From: Mobula hypostoma
Lineage: Eukaryota
Direction: 5' to 3'
Length of the DNA: 64,000 nucleotides
NCBI RefSeq assembly: GCF_963921235.1
Contig: NC_086108.1
Location: 11,718,001-11,782,000, forward strand
Shown here: positions 1 to 11,442 of the stretch, in pieces
Numbering within the stretch: the first letter of the stretch is position 1
How the letters are laid out: each line of letters starts with the position of its first letter
Notes under the pieces: model-generated
Databases searched by the model: none
Seen by the model: only the letters and a program-made list of their open reading frames with translations
What the model was told of the DNA's origin: nothing
Position numbers and translations under genes: made by a program

Positions 1-2474
1 GCAGATTTTGGAAAGGTGCAAAAATAACAGGGTTGTTTTCATGGGTGACTTTATCTTCCCTAATACTGATTGGCACCTGATTAGTTCCAAGGGTTTAGAT
101 GGGGCAGAGTTTGTTAAGTGTGTCCAGGATGGATTCCTGTCACAGTATGTGGACAGGCCAACCAGGGGGAATGCCATACTAGATCTAGTACTAGGTAATG
201 AACCGGGTCAGGTCACAGATCTCTCAGTGGGTGAGCATCTGGGGGACAGGGACCACCGCTCCCTGGTCTTTATAATTATCATGGAAAAAGATAGAATCAA
301 AGAGGACAGGAAAATTTTTAATTGGGGAAAGGCAAATTATGAGGCTATAAGGCTAGAACTTGCGGGTGTGAATTGGGATGATGTTTTTGCAGGGAAATGT
401 ACTATGGACATGTGGTCGATGTCTAGAGATGTTTAGGGATAAATTTGTCCCAGTGAGGAGGAAGATAAAGAATAGTAGGGTGAAGGAACCATGGGTGACA
501 AGTGAGGTGGAAAATCTGGTCAGGAGGAAGAAGGCAGCATACATGAGGTTTAGGAAGCAAGGATCAGCTGGGTCTATTGAGGAATATAGGGAAGCAAGAA
601 AGGAGCTTAAGAAGGGACTGAGAAGAGCAATAAGGGGGCATGAGAAGGCATTGGCGAGTAGGGTAAAGGAAAACCCCAAGGCATTCTTCAATTATGTGAA
701 GAACAAAAGGATGACAGGAGTGAAGGTAGGACCAATTAGAGATAAAGGTGGGAAGATGTGCCTGGAGGCTGTGGAAGTGAGCGAGGTTCTCAATGAATAC
801 TTCTCTTCAGTATTCACCAATGAGAGGGAACTTGATGATGGTGAGGACAATATGAGTGAGGTTGATGTTCTGGAGCATGCTGATATTAAGGGAGAGGAGG
901 TGTTGGAGTTGTTAAAATACATTAGGACAGATAAGTCCCCGGGGCCTGACGGAATATTCCCTAGACTGCTCCATGAGGTGAGAGAAGAGATTTCTGAGCC
1001 TCTGGCTAGGATCTTTATGTCCTCGTTGTCCACGGGAATGGTACCGGAGGATTGGAGGGAGGCGAATGTTGTTCCCTTGTTCAAAAAAGGTAGTAGGGAT
1101 AGTCCGGGTAATTATAGACCAGTGAGCCTTACGTCTGTGGTGGGAAAGCTGTTGGAAAAGATTCTTAGAGATAGGATCTATAAGCATTTAGAGAATCATG
1201 GTCTGATCAGGGACAGTCAGCATGCCTTTGTGAAGGGCAGATCGTGTCTAACAAGCCTGATAGAGTTCTTTGAGGAGGTGACCAGGCATATAGACGAGGG
1301 TAGTGCAGTGGATGTGATCTATATGGATCTTAGTAAGGCATTTGACAAGGTTCCACATGGTAGGTTTATTCAGAAAGTTAGAAGGCATGGGATCCAGGGA
1401 AGTTTGACCAGGTGGATTCAGAATTGGCTTGCCTGCAGAAGGCAGAGGGTGGTGGTGGAGGGAGTACATTCAGATTGGAGGATTGTGACTAGTGGTGTCC
1501 CACAAGGATCTGTTCTGGGACCTCTACTTTTCGTGATTTTTATTAACGACCTGGATGTGGGGGTAGAAGGGTGGGTTGGCAAGTTTGCAGACGACACCAA
1601 GGTTGGTGGTGTTGTAGGTAGTGTAGAGAATTGTCAAAGATTGCAGAGAGACATTGATAGGATGCAGAAGTGGGCTGAGGAGTGGCAGATGGAGTTCAAC
1701 CCGGAGAAGTGTGAGGTGGTACACTTTGGAAGGACAAACTCCAAGGCAGAGTACAAAGTAAATGGCAGGATACTTGGTAGTGTGGAGGAGCAGTCGGATC
1801 TTGGGGCACATGTCCACAGATCCCTGAAAGTTGCCTCACAGGTGGATAGGGTAGTTAAGAAAGCTTATGGGGTGTTAGCTTTCATAAGTTGAGGGATAGA
1901 GTTTAAGAATCGCGATGTAATGATGCAGCTCTATAAAACTCTGGTTAGGCCACACTTGGAGTATTGTGTCCAGTTCTGGTCACCTCACTATAGGAAGGAT
2001 GTGGAAGCATTGGAAAGGGTACAGAGGAGATTTTCAGGATGCTGCCTGGTTTAGAAAGTATGCATTATGATCAGAGATTAAGGGAGCTAGGGCTTTACTC
2101 TTTGGAGAGAAGGAGGATGAGAGGAGACATGATAGAGGTGTACAAGATAATAAGAGGAATAGATAGAGTGGATAGCCAGTGCCTCTTCCCCAGGGCACCA
2201 CTGCTGAATACAGGAGGACATGGCTTTAAGGTAAGGGGTGGGAATTTCAAGGAGGATATTAGAGGAAGGTTTTTTACTCAGAGAGTGGTTGGTGCATGGA
2301 ATGCACTGCCTGAGTCAGTGGTGGAGGCAGATACACTAGTGCAGTTTAAGAGACTACTAGACAGGTATATGGAGGAATCTAAGGTGGGGGCTTATATGGG
2401 AGGCAGGGTTTGAGGGTCGGCACAACATTGTGGGCCGAAGGGCCTGTACTGTACTATTCTATGTTCTATGTTCT
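1..2474 (+). mobile_element. CR1 LINE (family A), ORF2 endonuclease + RT, disrupted; begins before the window
   Basis: EN motifs (MGDF.FP, LDLVL, DH); RT motifs (YRPVSLTSVVGKLLE, GVPQGSVLGP, KFADD). Frameshift near 420-430, stop at 1890-1892, 3' tail (ttctatg)n. Confidence 0.95.
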
Positions 2475-3195
2475 AAAGCAGTCCTGTAGGCGCTCCTGTG
2501 CTTCCCTCGTCCATACCTTCTTCGTCCTCACTACTGGTGCTGCAGTCTTCAGTCTCTGCCTATAATCAGGGAGTAGAAGTACAGCCAGGTGATCAGACTT
2601 CCTGAAGTGAGGGCGTGGATTTGCATGTTAGGCATTCTTGATGGTGGTGTAGCAATGACCCAGTGTGTTGTTTCCTCTAGTATTGCAAGTGATCTGTTGA
2701 TGGTAATCGTTTGTGATTTTTTTCAGACTGGCCTGGTTAAAATCTCCCAAAACGATGGTGAAGGCGTTAGGGTAAGCTGTTTCATGCATGTTGATCCATT
2801 GCTCAGATCATCTAAAGCCTGATTGACATTGGCCTGAGGTGTCCGGAAATCTCCTGTATTAGGTAAAAAGGACGGCACTTAACTGCTAGATATTCCAGAT
2901 CAGATGAGCAGAAATGGAATAGCACTAATATATTTGTGCACCAAGAGGAGTTGATCATGAGGCATTCTCCTTCACCTCTGCTTTTGAGAGACTCTATAGA
3001 TCTATCCCGACAGTGTACAGTACACCCGTCGATCTGCATCGCTGAGACGGAAGGGGTTCACCAGGATTCCGTGAAACAAAGGACACACCCCTGTCCTAAT
3101 ATCCCTCTGAATCAACACCCTAGCTTTGAGATCATGGATTTTATTCACCAGAGACAGCACGTTATGATAGTTTTGTGTCTCTCTGTGTGACTCTG
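2475..3195 (-). mobile_element. Rex1/Babar-type LINE fragment (endonuclease region)
   Basis: Minus strand translates PRPHFRKSDHLAVLLLPDYRQRLKTAAPVVRTK, the APE endonuclease SDH motif in its Rex1-like context. Confidence 0.7.
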
Positions 3196-3239
3196 TCATA
3201 ATAACAGACATGTAGAGCAGCTAGGTACCACATGTAAGC

Positions 3240-3410
3240 AACGTACACCAAAATGCCGGGGGGTCACGCAACGTCTATGGAGGAGAATAAACAGTCAATA
3301 TTTTGGGCCAAGACTCTTCACCAGGACTGGGAAGGAAGGGGGCAGAATGGCAGGTGATCAGTGAGACGAGGTGAGGGGGAAGGGGGAATGAGAAAGCTGG
3401 AAAGGGTTAG
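3240..3410 (-). mobile_element. Degenerate Penelope-like terminal fragment
   Basis: Reverse complement of 3291-3330 (ccagtcctggtgaagagtcttggcccaaaatattgactgt) aligns to the PLE terminus at 54048-54087. Confidence 0.6.
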
Positions 3411-4581
3411 GTTAAATTCTTATTCTAGCTTCTTCCTCACTGATGATGCCAATACAATAGAGCTGGCCATCCACGGCAGCGGTCCCCAACCACCAGGCCG
3501 CGGACCGGTACCAGGCCGCAAGGCATGCGCTAACCGGGCCGCGAGGAAACGATATGATTTGGCGATAGGAGTCAGCTGCACCTTTCCTCATTCCCTGTCA
3601 CGGCCACTGTTGAGCTTGAACACACGCGAGGCCATTACCCGCGCGTCATCCATGTCAGAACGGGAAGGAGATCAACTCCTCGAGCTTGCAAATGACGGCG
3701 GGCTGAAAAGTATGTTTGACAGAACATCTCTGCCGGCATTCCGGATCAAAGTCAAGGCTAAATATCCTGAGATAGCCACGAAAGCACTGAAAACGTTGCT
3801 TCCATTTCCAACATATCTCTGCAATGAATGCAACGAAAACTAAATTGCGGAATAGACTGGACATGAGGAACCCCCTTCGAGTATCGCTGTCTCCCGTCAC
3901 CCCTCGATTGGACCGTCTCGTTGCAGGGAAACAAGCCCAGGGCTCCCACTGATTCAGCGATATTGGTGTGTTGCAATGATTTTATATGTTCATACGGGGA
4001 AAATATGCGCTGTGTGTTTGATATCCAAACGTTACTTAAAATGTTATGATGCTATTATAAGTGACTTATATAACCATGTAACAATTACGGCACGGAAACA
4101 GGCGATCTCGCCCCTTCTACTCCGTGCCGAACGGTAGTCTCACCGAGCTGCACTCAGCCCATAACCCTCCATTCTTTTCCTGTCCACATACCCATCCAAT
4201 TTTTCTTTAAATGATCATATCGAACCTGCCTCTACCACTTCTACTGGAGGTTTGTTCAACACTTCAAGCTCCCCTGTCCTCCCCTGATAATTGTCTTATC
4301 ACTATATTCATGCGAGGAAAATATGCGCTGTGTGTTTAATATTAAATTCGGGTAGATAAACCCTTTTAGAAACGAAATTGAGTGTATTAGCCACTTATCA
4401 CCTATATTCCGGCCGTGATTAACACACCCCCGCCGCCGCCGCCAACAGAATCGGCAAAGACAATTTCTAAGAAATCGGCACGCAAACGCATGCGCAAGTT
4501 ACGCATGCGCACTGGTGCCCGCGCAAGGCTTCATGGTCATTGTAGTCTTTGGGGGAGTAAACCTAATGTATTTGACTGCTA

Positions 4582-5905
4582 GCAACACACATAAAAGTAG
4601 CTGTGACACACATCTGGACTATTCCTCTTCTCACCCTGTCTCTTGCAAGAACGCCATCCCCTTCTCGCAATTCCTCTGTCTCCGCCGCATCTGCTCTCAG
4701 GATGAGGCTTTTCATTCTAGAACGAGGGAGATGTCTTCCTTTTTTAAAGAAAGGGGCTTCCCTTCCTCCACTATCAACTCTGCCTTAAACGCATCTCCCC
4801 CATTTCACGTACATCTGCTCTCACTCCATCCTCCCGCCACCCCACTAGGAATAGGGTTCCCCTGGTCCTCACCTACCACCCCACCAGCCTCCGGGTCCAA
4901 CATATTATTCTCCGTAACTTCCGCCACCTTCAACGGGATCCCACCACTAAGCACATCTTTCCCTCCCCACCTCTCTCTGCATTCCGCAGGAATCGGTCCC
5001 TACACAACTCCCTTGTCCATTCATCCCCGCCATTCCTCCCCACTGATCTCCCTCCTGGCACTTATCCGTGTAAGCGGAACAAGTGCTACACATGCCCTTA
5101 CACTTCCTCCCTTACCACCATTCAGGGCCCCAAACAGTCCTTCCAGGTGAGGCAACACTTCACCTGTGAGTCGACTGGGGTGATATACTGTGTCCGGTGC
5201 TCCCGATGTGGCCTTTTATATATTGGCGAGACCCGACGCAGACTGGGAGACCGCTTTACTGAACACCTACACTCTGTCCGCCAAAGAAAGCAGGATCTCC
5301 CAGTGGCCACACATTTTAATTCCACATCCCATTCCCATTCTGACATGTCTATCCACGGCCTCCTCTACTGTAAAGATGAAGCCACACTCAGGTTGGAGGA
5401 ACAACACCTTATATTCCGTCTGGGTAGCCTCCAACCTGATGGCATGAACATCGACTTCTCTAACTTCCGCTAATGCCCCACCTCCCCCTCGTACCCCATC
5501 TGCTACTTATTTTTATACACACATTCTTTCTCTCACTCTCCTTTTTCTCCCTCTGTCCCTCTGAATATACCCATTGCCCATCCTCTGGATCCCCCTCCCC
5601 CCCTTGTCTTTCTTCCCGGACCTCCTGTCCCATGATCCTCTTGTATCCCTTTTGCCTATCACCTGTCCAGCTCTTGGCTCCATCCCTCCCCCTCCTGTCT
5701 TCTCCTATCATTTTGGATCTCCCCCTCCCCCTCCCACTTTCAAATCCCTTACTCACTCTTCCTTCAGTTAGTCCTGACGAAGGGTCTCGGCCCGAAACGT
5801 CAACTGTACCTCTTCCTAGAGATGCTGCCTGGCCTGCTGCGTTCACCAGCAACTTTTATGTGTGTTGCTTGAATTTCCAGCATCTGCAGAATTCCTGTTG
5901 TTTGC
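4582..5905 (+). mobile_element. 5'-truncated Penelope-like element (RT C-terminus + GIY-YIG endonuclease + 3' terminus)
   Basis: ORF 5147-5473 has VIYCVRCSRCGLLYIGETRRRLGDRFTEH (GIY-YIG). 22-nt inverted copy of the terminus at 4582-4603. Exact 14-bp TSD gtatttgactgcta at 4568-4581 and 5906-5919. Confidence 0.92.
5770..5805 (+). ncRNA. Minimal type I hammerhead ribozyme motif (stem I closing pair mutated)
   Basis: agtc-CTGACGA-a-gggt(ctcg)gccc-GAAA-CGTC-aact; other copies of this terminus read gact after GTC. Confidence 0.7.
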
Positions 5906-6429
5906 GTATTTGACTGCTACTCTTGTACGTTGGCAACCCTACCGGTCCGCAGTACGAAAAAGGTTGGGGACCCCTGATCTACTGGGCAGCCCTGCAATCA
6001 GATGTCTAACATGACATGCACATTGCTTTGTCAAACATCACCCCACAGTTTAATGTTCTTATTCACACTAAGGTATAACGACCTTGATATTGATATGCCT
6101 TAAAAATTAATTTTATATTTTAACTTGCCTATACTTTAAATGTATAGCCTTGTTATTTAATACATTAATAAATAAGCACATATATTACAATATCACAAAT
6201 ATGCTTTTTAAATATTTTGATGACTGTATTTCAATATAATCAATTTCTTCTGTAATCATATATACTTTATTTTATATATTTAAATACATTACTCTGAGAA
6301 GGGGTCCATAGTTTCACCGTACTGCCAAAGGGGTCTATGGCATAAAAGGGGTAAGACCTTCAAACGAGAAGATAAGTATGCAGGCGATGTCCTTCATGAC
6401 TTGAGGTCCAGAGTGAAACACACCCATTT

Positions 6430-7100
6430 TTGTCAGGTTTAATATCGTGAAGTTGGTTGTCTTTGTGGCAGCAGTACAATGATATATATTGTTATATATG
6501 ATAATATAACAATATAATAAATAAATAAATATATAATGTTCAAATAAATAAATAGTACAAAAATAGAAATTAAAAAGTGGTGAGGTACTGTTCATGGGCT
6601 CAATGCCCATTCAGAAATCAGATGGCAGAGGGGAAGAAGCTGTTCCTGAATCGTTGAGTGTGTGGCCTTCAGGCTCCTGTACCTCCTCCCTGATGGTAGC
6701 ACTGAAAAGTGGACATGTCCTGGGTGACAAGGGTCCTTAATGGATGCCGCCTTCTTGAGGCATCACTCCTCAAAGATGCCCTAGATACTGTGGAGGCTAG
6801 TGTCCATGATGGAGCTGAGTAATTTTACAACTATCTGCAGCTTACTTTGATCCTGTGCAATAGGACACCCTTCCCATACCAGACAGTGATGCTGCTAGTT
6901 AGAATGCTTTCCATTGTACATCTGTAGAAATTTGCGAGTGTTTTAGGTGACATATGAAATCTCCTCAAACTCATAATGAAATACAGATGCTGCCTTGCCT
7001 TCTTTAAAGCTGCATTGATATGTTGGGTCTACGTTAGGTCCTCAGAGATATTGACACCCAGGAACTTGAAATTGCTCATTCTTTCCACTTTTGATCCCTC
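6430..7100 (-). mobile_element. Rex1-like LINE 3' fragment; related copies at ~12715-13220(-), 24520-24963/27963-28090(+), 34930-35460(-), 35790-36010(-), 37280-37650(+), 40135-40530(+), 53535-54500(+), 61210-61660(+)
   Basis: Most copies carry the C-terminal motif LLPSGRRYRSL...RFRNSFFP, homologous to the end of the long Rex1 copy at ~32880-32989; the rest match the adjacent upstream part of that copy. Confidence 0.75.
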
Positions 7101-7173
7101 ACTTTTCTATCATCTAGTGTTTTTTGTTCTCCTCTGATTACACTTCAGGGTATCATCCCCAAATTGTCTAGAG

Positions 7174-7255
7174 CAAGAGTCCCCAAACTTTTTTTAATGT
7201 CACAGACCACGACCATTCACTGAGGGGTCCGTGAACCCCAGGTTGGGAATCCCTG
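7174..7255. mobile_element. 82-bp hAT MITE
   Basis: Ends caagagtccccaa / ttgggaatccctg resemble the 3477 element TIRs. TSD gtctagag/atctagag (7/8), matching the Charlie-type NTCTAGAN target. Confidence 0.8.
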
Positions 7256-7329
7256 ATCTAGAGAATAAATCTGGAGATGTCCTTCACAGCTTGAGTTCCC
7301 AGAGTGAATCTCAGCCCCAGTACAATGTT

Positions 7330-7517
7330 CATCAAAGTTGCTGGTGAACGCAGCAGCTCAGGCAGCATCTCTAGGAAGAGGTACAGTTGACGTTTCATGT
7401 CGAGACCTGAGACGTCGACTGTACCTCTTCCTAGAGATGCTGCCTGACCTGCTGCGTTCACCAGCAACTTTGATGTATGTTGCTTGAATTTCCAGCATCT
7501 GCAGAATTCCTCGTGTT
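7330..7517. mobile_element. Non-coding fold-back PLE terminus insertion
   Basis: Inverted arms 7330-7396 and 7409-7475 (64/67 match) made of PLE terminal sequence. TSD cccagtacaatgtt (7316-7329) / cccagtgcaatgtt (7518-7531). Confidence 0.85.
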
Positions 7518-7659
7518 CCCAGTGCAATGTTTAGTACTTTCAGGTCCACTCTCTAATTACAAGTCCGACCTTTCATGAACTTCTTCCACTGTGGATTTCC
7601 CAGCAGTCCTTGCTTCCTGCTCAGATATTCGCTTCTCGATCACAGATCAGCATTGTCAT

Positions 7660-8625
7660 ATGATGTAGGTGGTCATGGTCTCATGACAGTGATTGTTCTT
7701 GGCAAACCTTTCTACAAAAGGGGTTTTCAATTGCCTTCTTCTTTACAAGATGAATGACCTCAGCCATTATCAATACTCCTCAGATTTTGTCTGCCTGGCA
7801 TCATTAGGATCTGTGATATGCACCAGCTGCTCATATAGGAGGAGAAGATGGTGGCGCGACGCAGCGCAAACGGCGGCTCCGAATGATACCGTATATGTTA
7901 ACTAGGGGGCCGTGCACAACCCTGATGTGATGGAGACAGCCGTGTGAAGCACGGAGGAACACCTGGAGAAACTTCTGAAATGCCTGCTTCACTGCCGCTG
8001 CTACTGCGCGATCGAGAATCTCCGGAGACGAAGGCCCCGAATCCTCGGCTTTGCGTATTGCCTGTTGCTGGGGCTGGGGTCGAAGCGCTCGGCAGAGATG
8101 GTGCTCGGTGCTCGATGTCGGAGAGCTGGTCAGAGGCTCGGAGTTTTCGGACGGACTTGGAGTCGGACTGTGGTCGGATGCTTCCAAAATGCTGCATCAG
8201 CAAGTTTGCGGCGATGGAGGCTCACCATCTGCGTGAGATGATGGGACTTTCGAGAGACTTTGAGATTTTTTACTGTGCCCATGTCTGTTCTTATCAAATT
8301 ACGGTATTGCTTTGCACTGTTGTAACTATATGTTATAATTATGTGGTTTTTATCAGTTTTTCAGTCAGTTTGTCATGTGTTTCTGTGATATTCTGGAAAA
8401 ACATTGTATCATTTCTTAATGCATGCATTACTAAATGACAATAAAAGAGGACTGCGTGTCCTCATAATCTAATATGATCATCCACCACCTGCTCCCATGG
8501 CTTCACGTGACCCTGTCCTGAGGGGTGGGGAGAGGCGAAAAAGAAGGTGCTACACCTTGCCCAGAGGAAGGAGTGCCTTCCATCTCCTTTGTTAGAGACA
8601 TATCTCCACCCGCCACCCTCATCGC
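7660..8625 (-). mobile_element. RTE-related non-autonomous retroposon (~370 bp) split by the 7838-8472 insertion; other copies at ~28905-29270(-) and ~59300-59680(+)
   Basis: Three mutually alignable copies. RTE/Bov-A-like motif gaaggcaatggcaaaccact at ~59588 and a (tga)n tail at 28905. Confidence 0.6.
7838..8472 (+). mobile_element. ~635-bp non-autonomous retroposon with (atcta)n tail, copy 1
   Basis: Starts ggaggagaagatggtggcgcgacgcagc and ends aaatgacaataaaagagg...ataatctaat. Aligns end to end with the reverse complement of 10814-11442. Confidence 0.8.
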
Positions 8626-9240
8626 CGATATTGTGATTTTTCATCAACTCTGCACACAGCTGGTGGCACTGGGTATTGATTTTATTGAATGGCTGCTGGG
8701 GAGGTATAATAGTATAATTCTGAGTCAGGACAGTGAGAAGGATAACTGAGAGCAGGTGGTATATGCAAGATCCTGAAGTCTATGTCCTTCTGGAGGTCAC
8801 AGGTTTGGGAGGGTCAATGGGATGAGGAGAGTGATGGAAGCCAGTAGGCATTAGACACTGCATGCAGTTACAGAGTGCTGGCGGTGAATAGAGTGGATGT
8901 TTAAACTTAGAACATAAAAATTACAGCACAGTTTAGTGCGGTGGATGAGTGCCAGGGTAAGCAGGCTGCCTCTCCTGGGCCGCATCCAGCAAGACTTGCA
9001 CCGCACTGGTGGATAAAACTGCACGGGAACTGCTCGGCTCGAGGCATGGCTTGTTCTGACATAGATCTTCAGCTGGGGCCCAATCTTTGCCATGGCCGGA
9101 GCTCCTAATATCAGCTCGAATAATTTACTGAAAAATAGCTTGAGATTTGTTTGGGACTGCAGATGGATCATGCACATGGCTGAAGGTGAATGTGTGCTTC
9201 AGTTTTGTGCTTAGTGCTCACCTGCTGGGTCCTATAATCT

Positions 9241-10225
9241 AGAAACATAGAAACACAGAAAACCTACAACAGAATACAGGCCCTTTGGCCCACAAAGCTG
9301 TGCCGAACATGTCCTTACCTTAGAAATTACCTAGGGTTACCCATAGCCCTCTATTTTTCTAAACTCCAGGTACCTATCCAGGAGTCTCTTAAAAGATCCT
9401 ATCATATCCACCTCCACCACTGTCGCCAGCAACCCATTCCACACACTCGCCACTCTCTGCGTAAAAAACTTATCCCTGACATCTCCTCTGTACATACTTC
9501 CAAGCACCTTAAAACTGTGCCCTCTCATGCTAGTCACTTCAGCCCTGGGAAAAAGCCTCTGACTATCCACATGATCAGTGCCTCTCATTATCTTATACAC
9601 CTCTGTCAGGTCACCTCTCATCCTCCGTTGCTCCAAGGAGAAAAGGCCAAATTCACTCAACCTATTCTCATCGGGCATTCTCCCCAATCCAGTCAACATC
9701 CTTGTAAATGTCCTCTGCACCATTTCTATGGCTTCCACATCCTTCCTGTAGTGAGGCGACCAGAATTGAGCACAGTACTCCAAGTGGGGTCTGACCAGGG
9801 TCCTATATAGCTGCAACATTACCTCTCGGCTCCTAAACTCAATCCCACGATTAATGAAGGGCAATGCACCGTATGCCTTCTTAACCACAGAGTCAAACTG
9901 CACAGCAGCTTTGTGAGTCCTATGAACGCGGACCCCAAGATCCCTCTGATCCTCCACACTGCCAAGAGTCTTACCATTAATACTATATTCTGTCATCATA
10001 TTTGACCTACCAAAATGAACCACCTCACACTTATCTGGGTTGAACTCCATCTGCCACTTCTCAGCCCAGTTTTTGCATCCTATCAATGTCCCGCTGTAAC
10101 CTCTGACAGCCCTCCACACTATCCACAACACCTTCATCCTTTGTGCCATTGGCAAGTTTACTAACTCATCCTTCTACTTCCTTATCCAGGTCATTTATGA
10201 AAATCATGAAGAGTAGGGGTCCCCT
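9241..10225 (-). mobile_element. CR1 LINE (family B) 3' fragment
   Basis: ORF 9337-10155 has WQMEFNPDKCEV...[19 protein letters not shown]; microsatellite-like tail at 9241-9260. Confidence 0.92.
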
Positions 10226-10813
10226 TATGATCTGTTTAATTGTAAGACCCTAAGAGTAGACCATAAGATACAGGAGCAGAATTAGGCCATTTGGCCCATC
10301 GCTCCACCATAATGGCTGATCCATTTCGCTCTCAGCTCCAGACATCTGCTTTTGGGACTTCAGTTCACACCACAAAAAATGCCAGGCCATACAAACAGTT
10401 CAAAATCCCAATTCCGAACGGAAGTTACAGGCTATTGATCCCGTTGGTCGTTTGCCAGAAAGAGTTTACTTTGTTTTGTTCACTGCTGGCACGTAGTCAC
10501 TGAGCTTCAGCAGCATCATCTTAAACTGGAATCAGAAGCTTCAGTAAGGCAAGAAACATCTGAGGAGCGTTTTGTCAAAGTTGCACGTTGAGGTCTGATA
10601 AACGTTTGCCGATATCCAAGCTACGATGAACTGGTTACTTTTCTCGGTCCCCTGTGATGTGCCAATTCGGAGCAGGTCATTGCAATGTAACTCCCGGACT
10701 GCTCCTCGGTGGTTAAGAAGGCTTGTGGAATGTTTGCTTTTATTAGCCGAGGCATTGAGTTCAAAAGTCAAGTTGTAACTTTATAGAACTCTGCTTAGCC
10801 CACACCTGGAGTA

Positions 10814-11442
10814 GATTAGATTAGATTATGAGGACATGTAGTCCTCTTTTATTGTCATTTAGTAATACATGCATTAAGAGATGATACAATATTCCTCCGG
10901 TGTGATATCACAGAAACACAGGACAGACCAAAACTGAAAAACTAACAAAAACCACATAATTATAACATATAGTTACAACAGTGCAACAACACCATAACTT
11001 GATGAAGAACAGGCCACTGCACAGTAAAAAAGTTCAAAGTCTCTCGAAAATCCCACATCTCACGCAGACTGGAGAAGGAAGAAAACTCTCCCTGCCATGA
11101 CCGACTACAGTCCGACTCTGAGTCGTCCGAAAACTTCGAACTCTGATCAGCCCTCCGACACCAAGTACCGAGCACCATCTCTATCAGAACGCTTTGACCT
11201 CAGCCTCGGTCACCAGCAGCAGGCAAAGCCGGGGATTTTGGGGCCTTCCCTCCGGAGATTCTCGATCGCACAGTAGCAGCGGCAGCGAACCGGGCATTTC
11301 AGAAATTTCTCCAGATGTTCCTCTGTGCCTTCTCACGTCTGTCTCCAACAAATCAGAATTGTGCATGGCGTCCTACTTACAGATACGATATCATTTCACC
11401 GGAGAGCTGCGCGCGCTGCGTTGCGTTGCCACCTTCTCCTCC
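10814..11442 (-). mobile_element. ~630-bp non-autonomous retroposon, copy 2, inserted in a CR1 fragment (~10710-11800)
   Basis: gattagattagattatgaggac...gccaccttctcctcc is the reverse complement of copy 1. The flanking CR1 sequence (PHLE / QFWLPHYWK) resumes after it. Confidence 0.8.

Larger units (their letters stand above)
3477..5976 (+). mobile_element. Non-autonomous hAT (Charlie/Buster-like) DNA transposon, interrupted by a PLE
   Basis: 15-bp TIRs cagcggtccccaacc (3477) / ggttggggacccctg (ends 5976), 1 mismatch. Degenerate 8-bp TSD atccacgg/atctactg. Transposase C-terminal dimerisation remnant at ~3660-3950 (YPEIATKALKTLLPFPT.YLC...RLVAGKQAQGSH*). Confidence 0.85.

Noticed and set aside
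3361..3843. 160-aa ORF as a domesticated ZBED/SCAND-type gene
   Set aside because: It is a chimeric frame crossing a TIR; only a frameshifted transposase C-terminal fragment is present.
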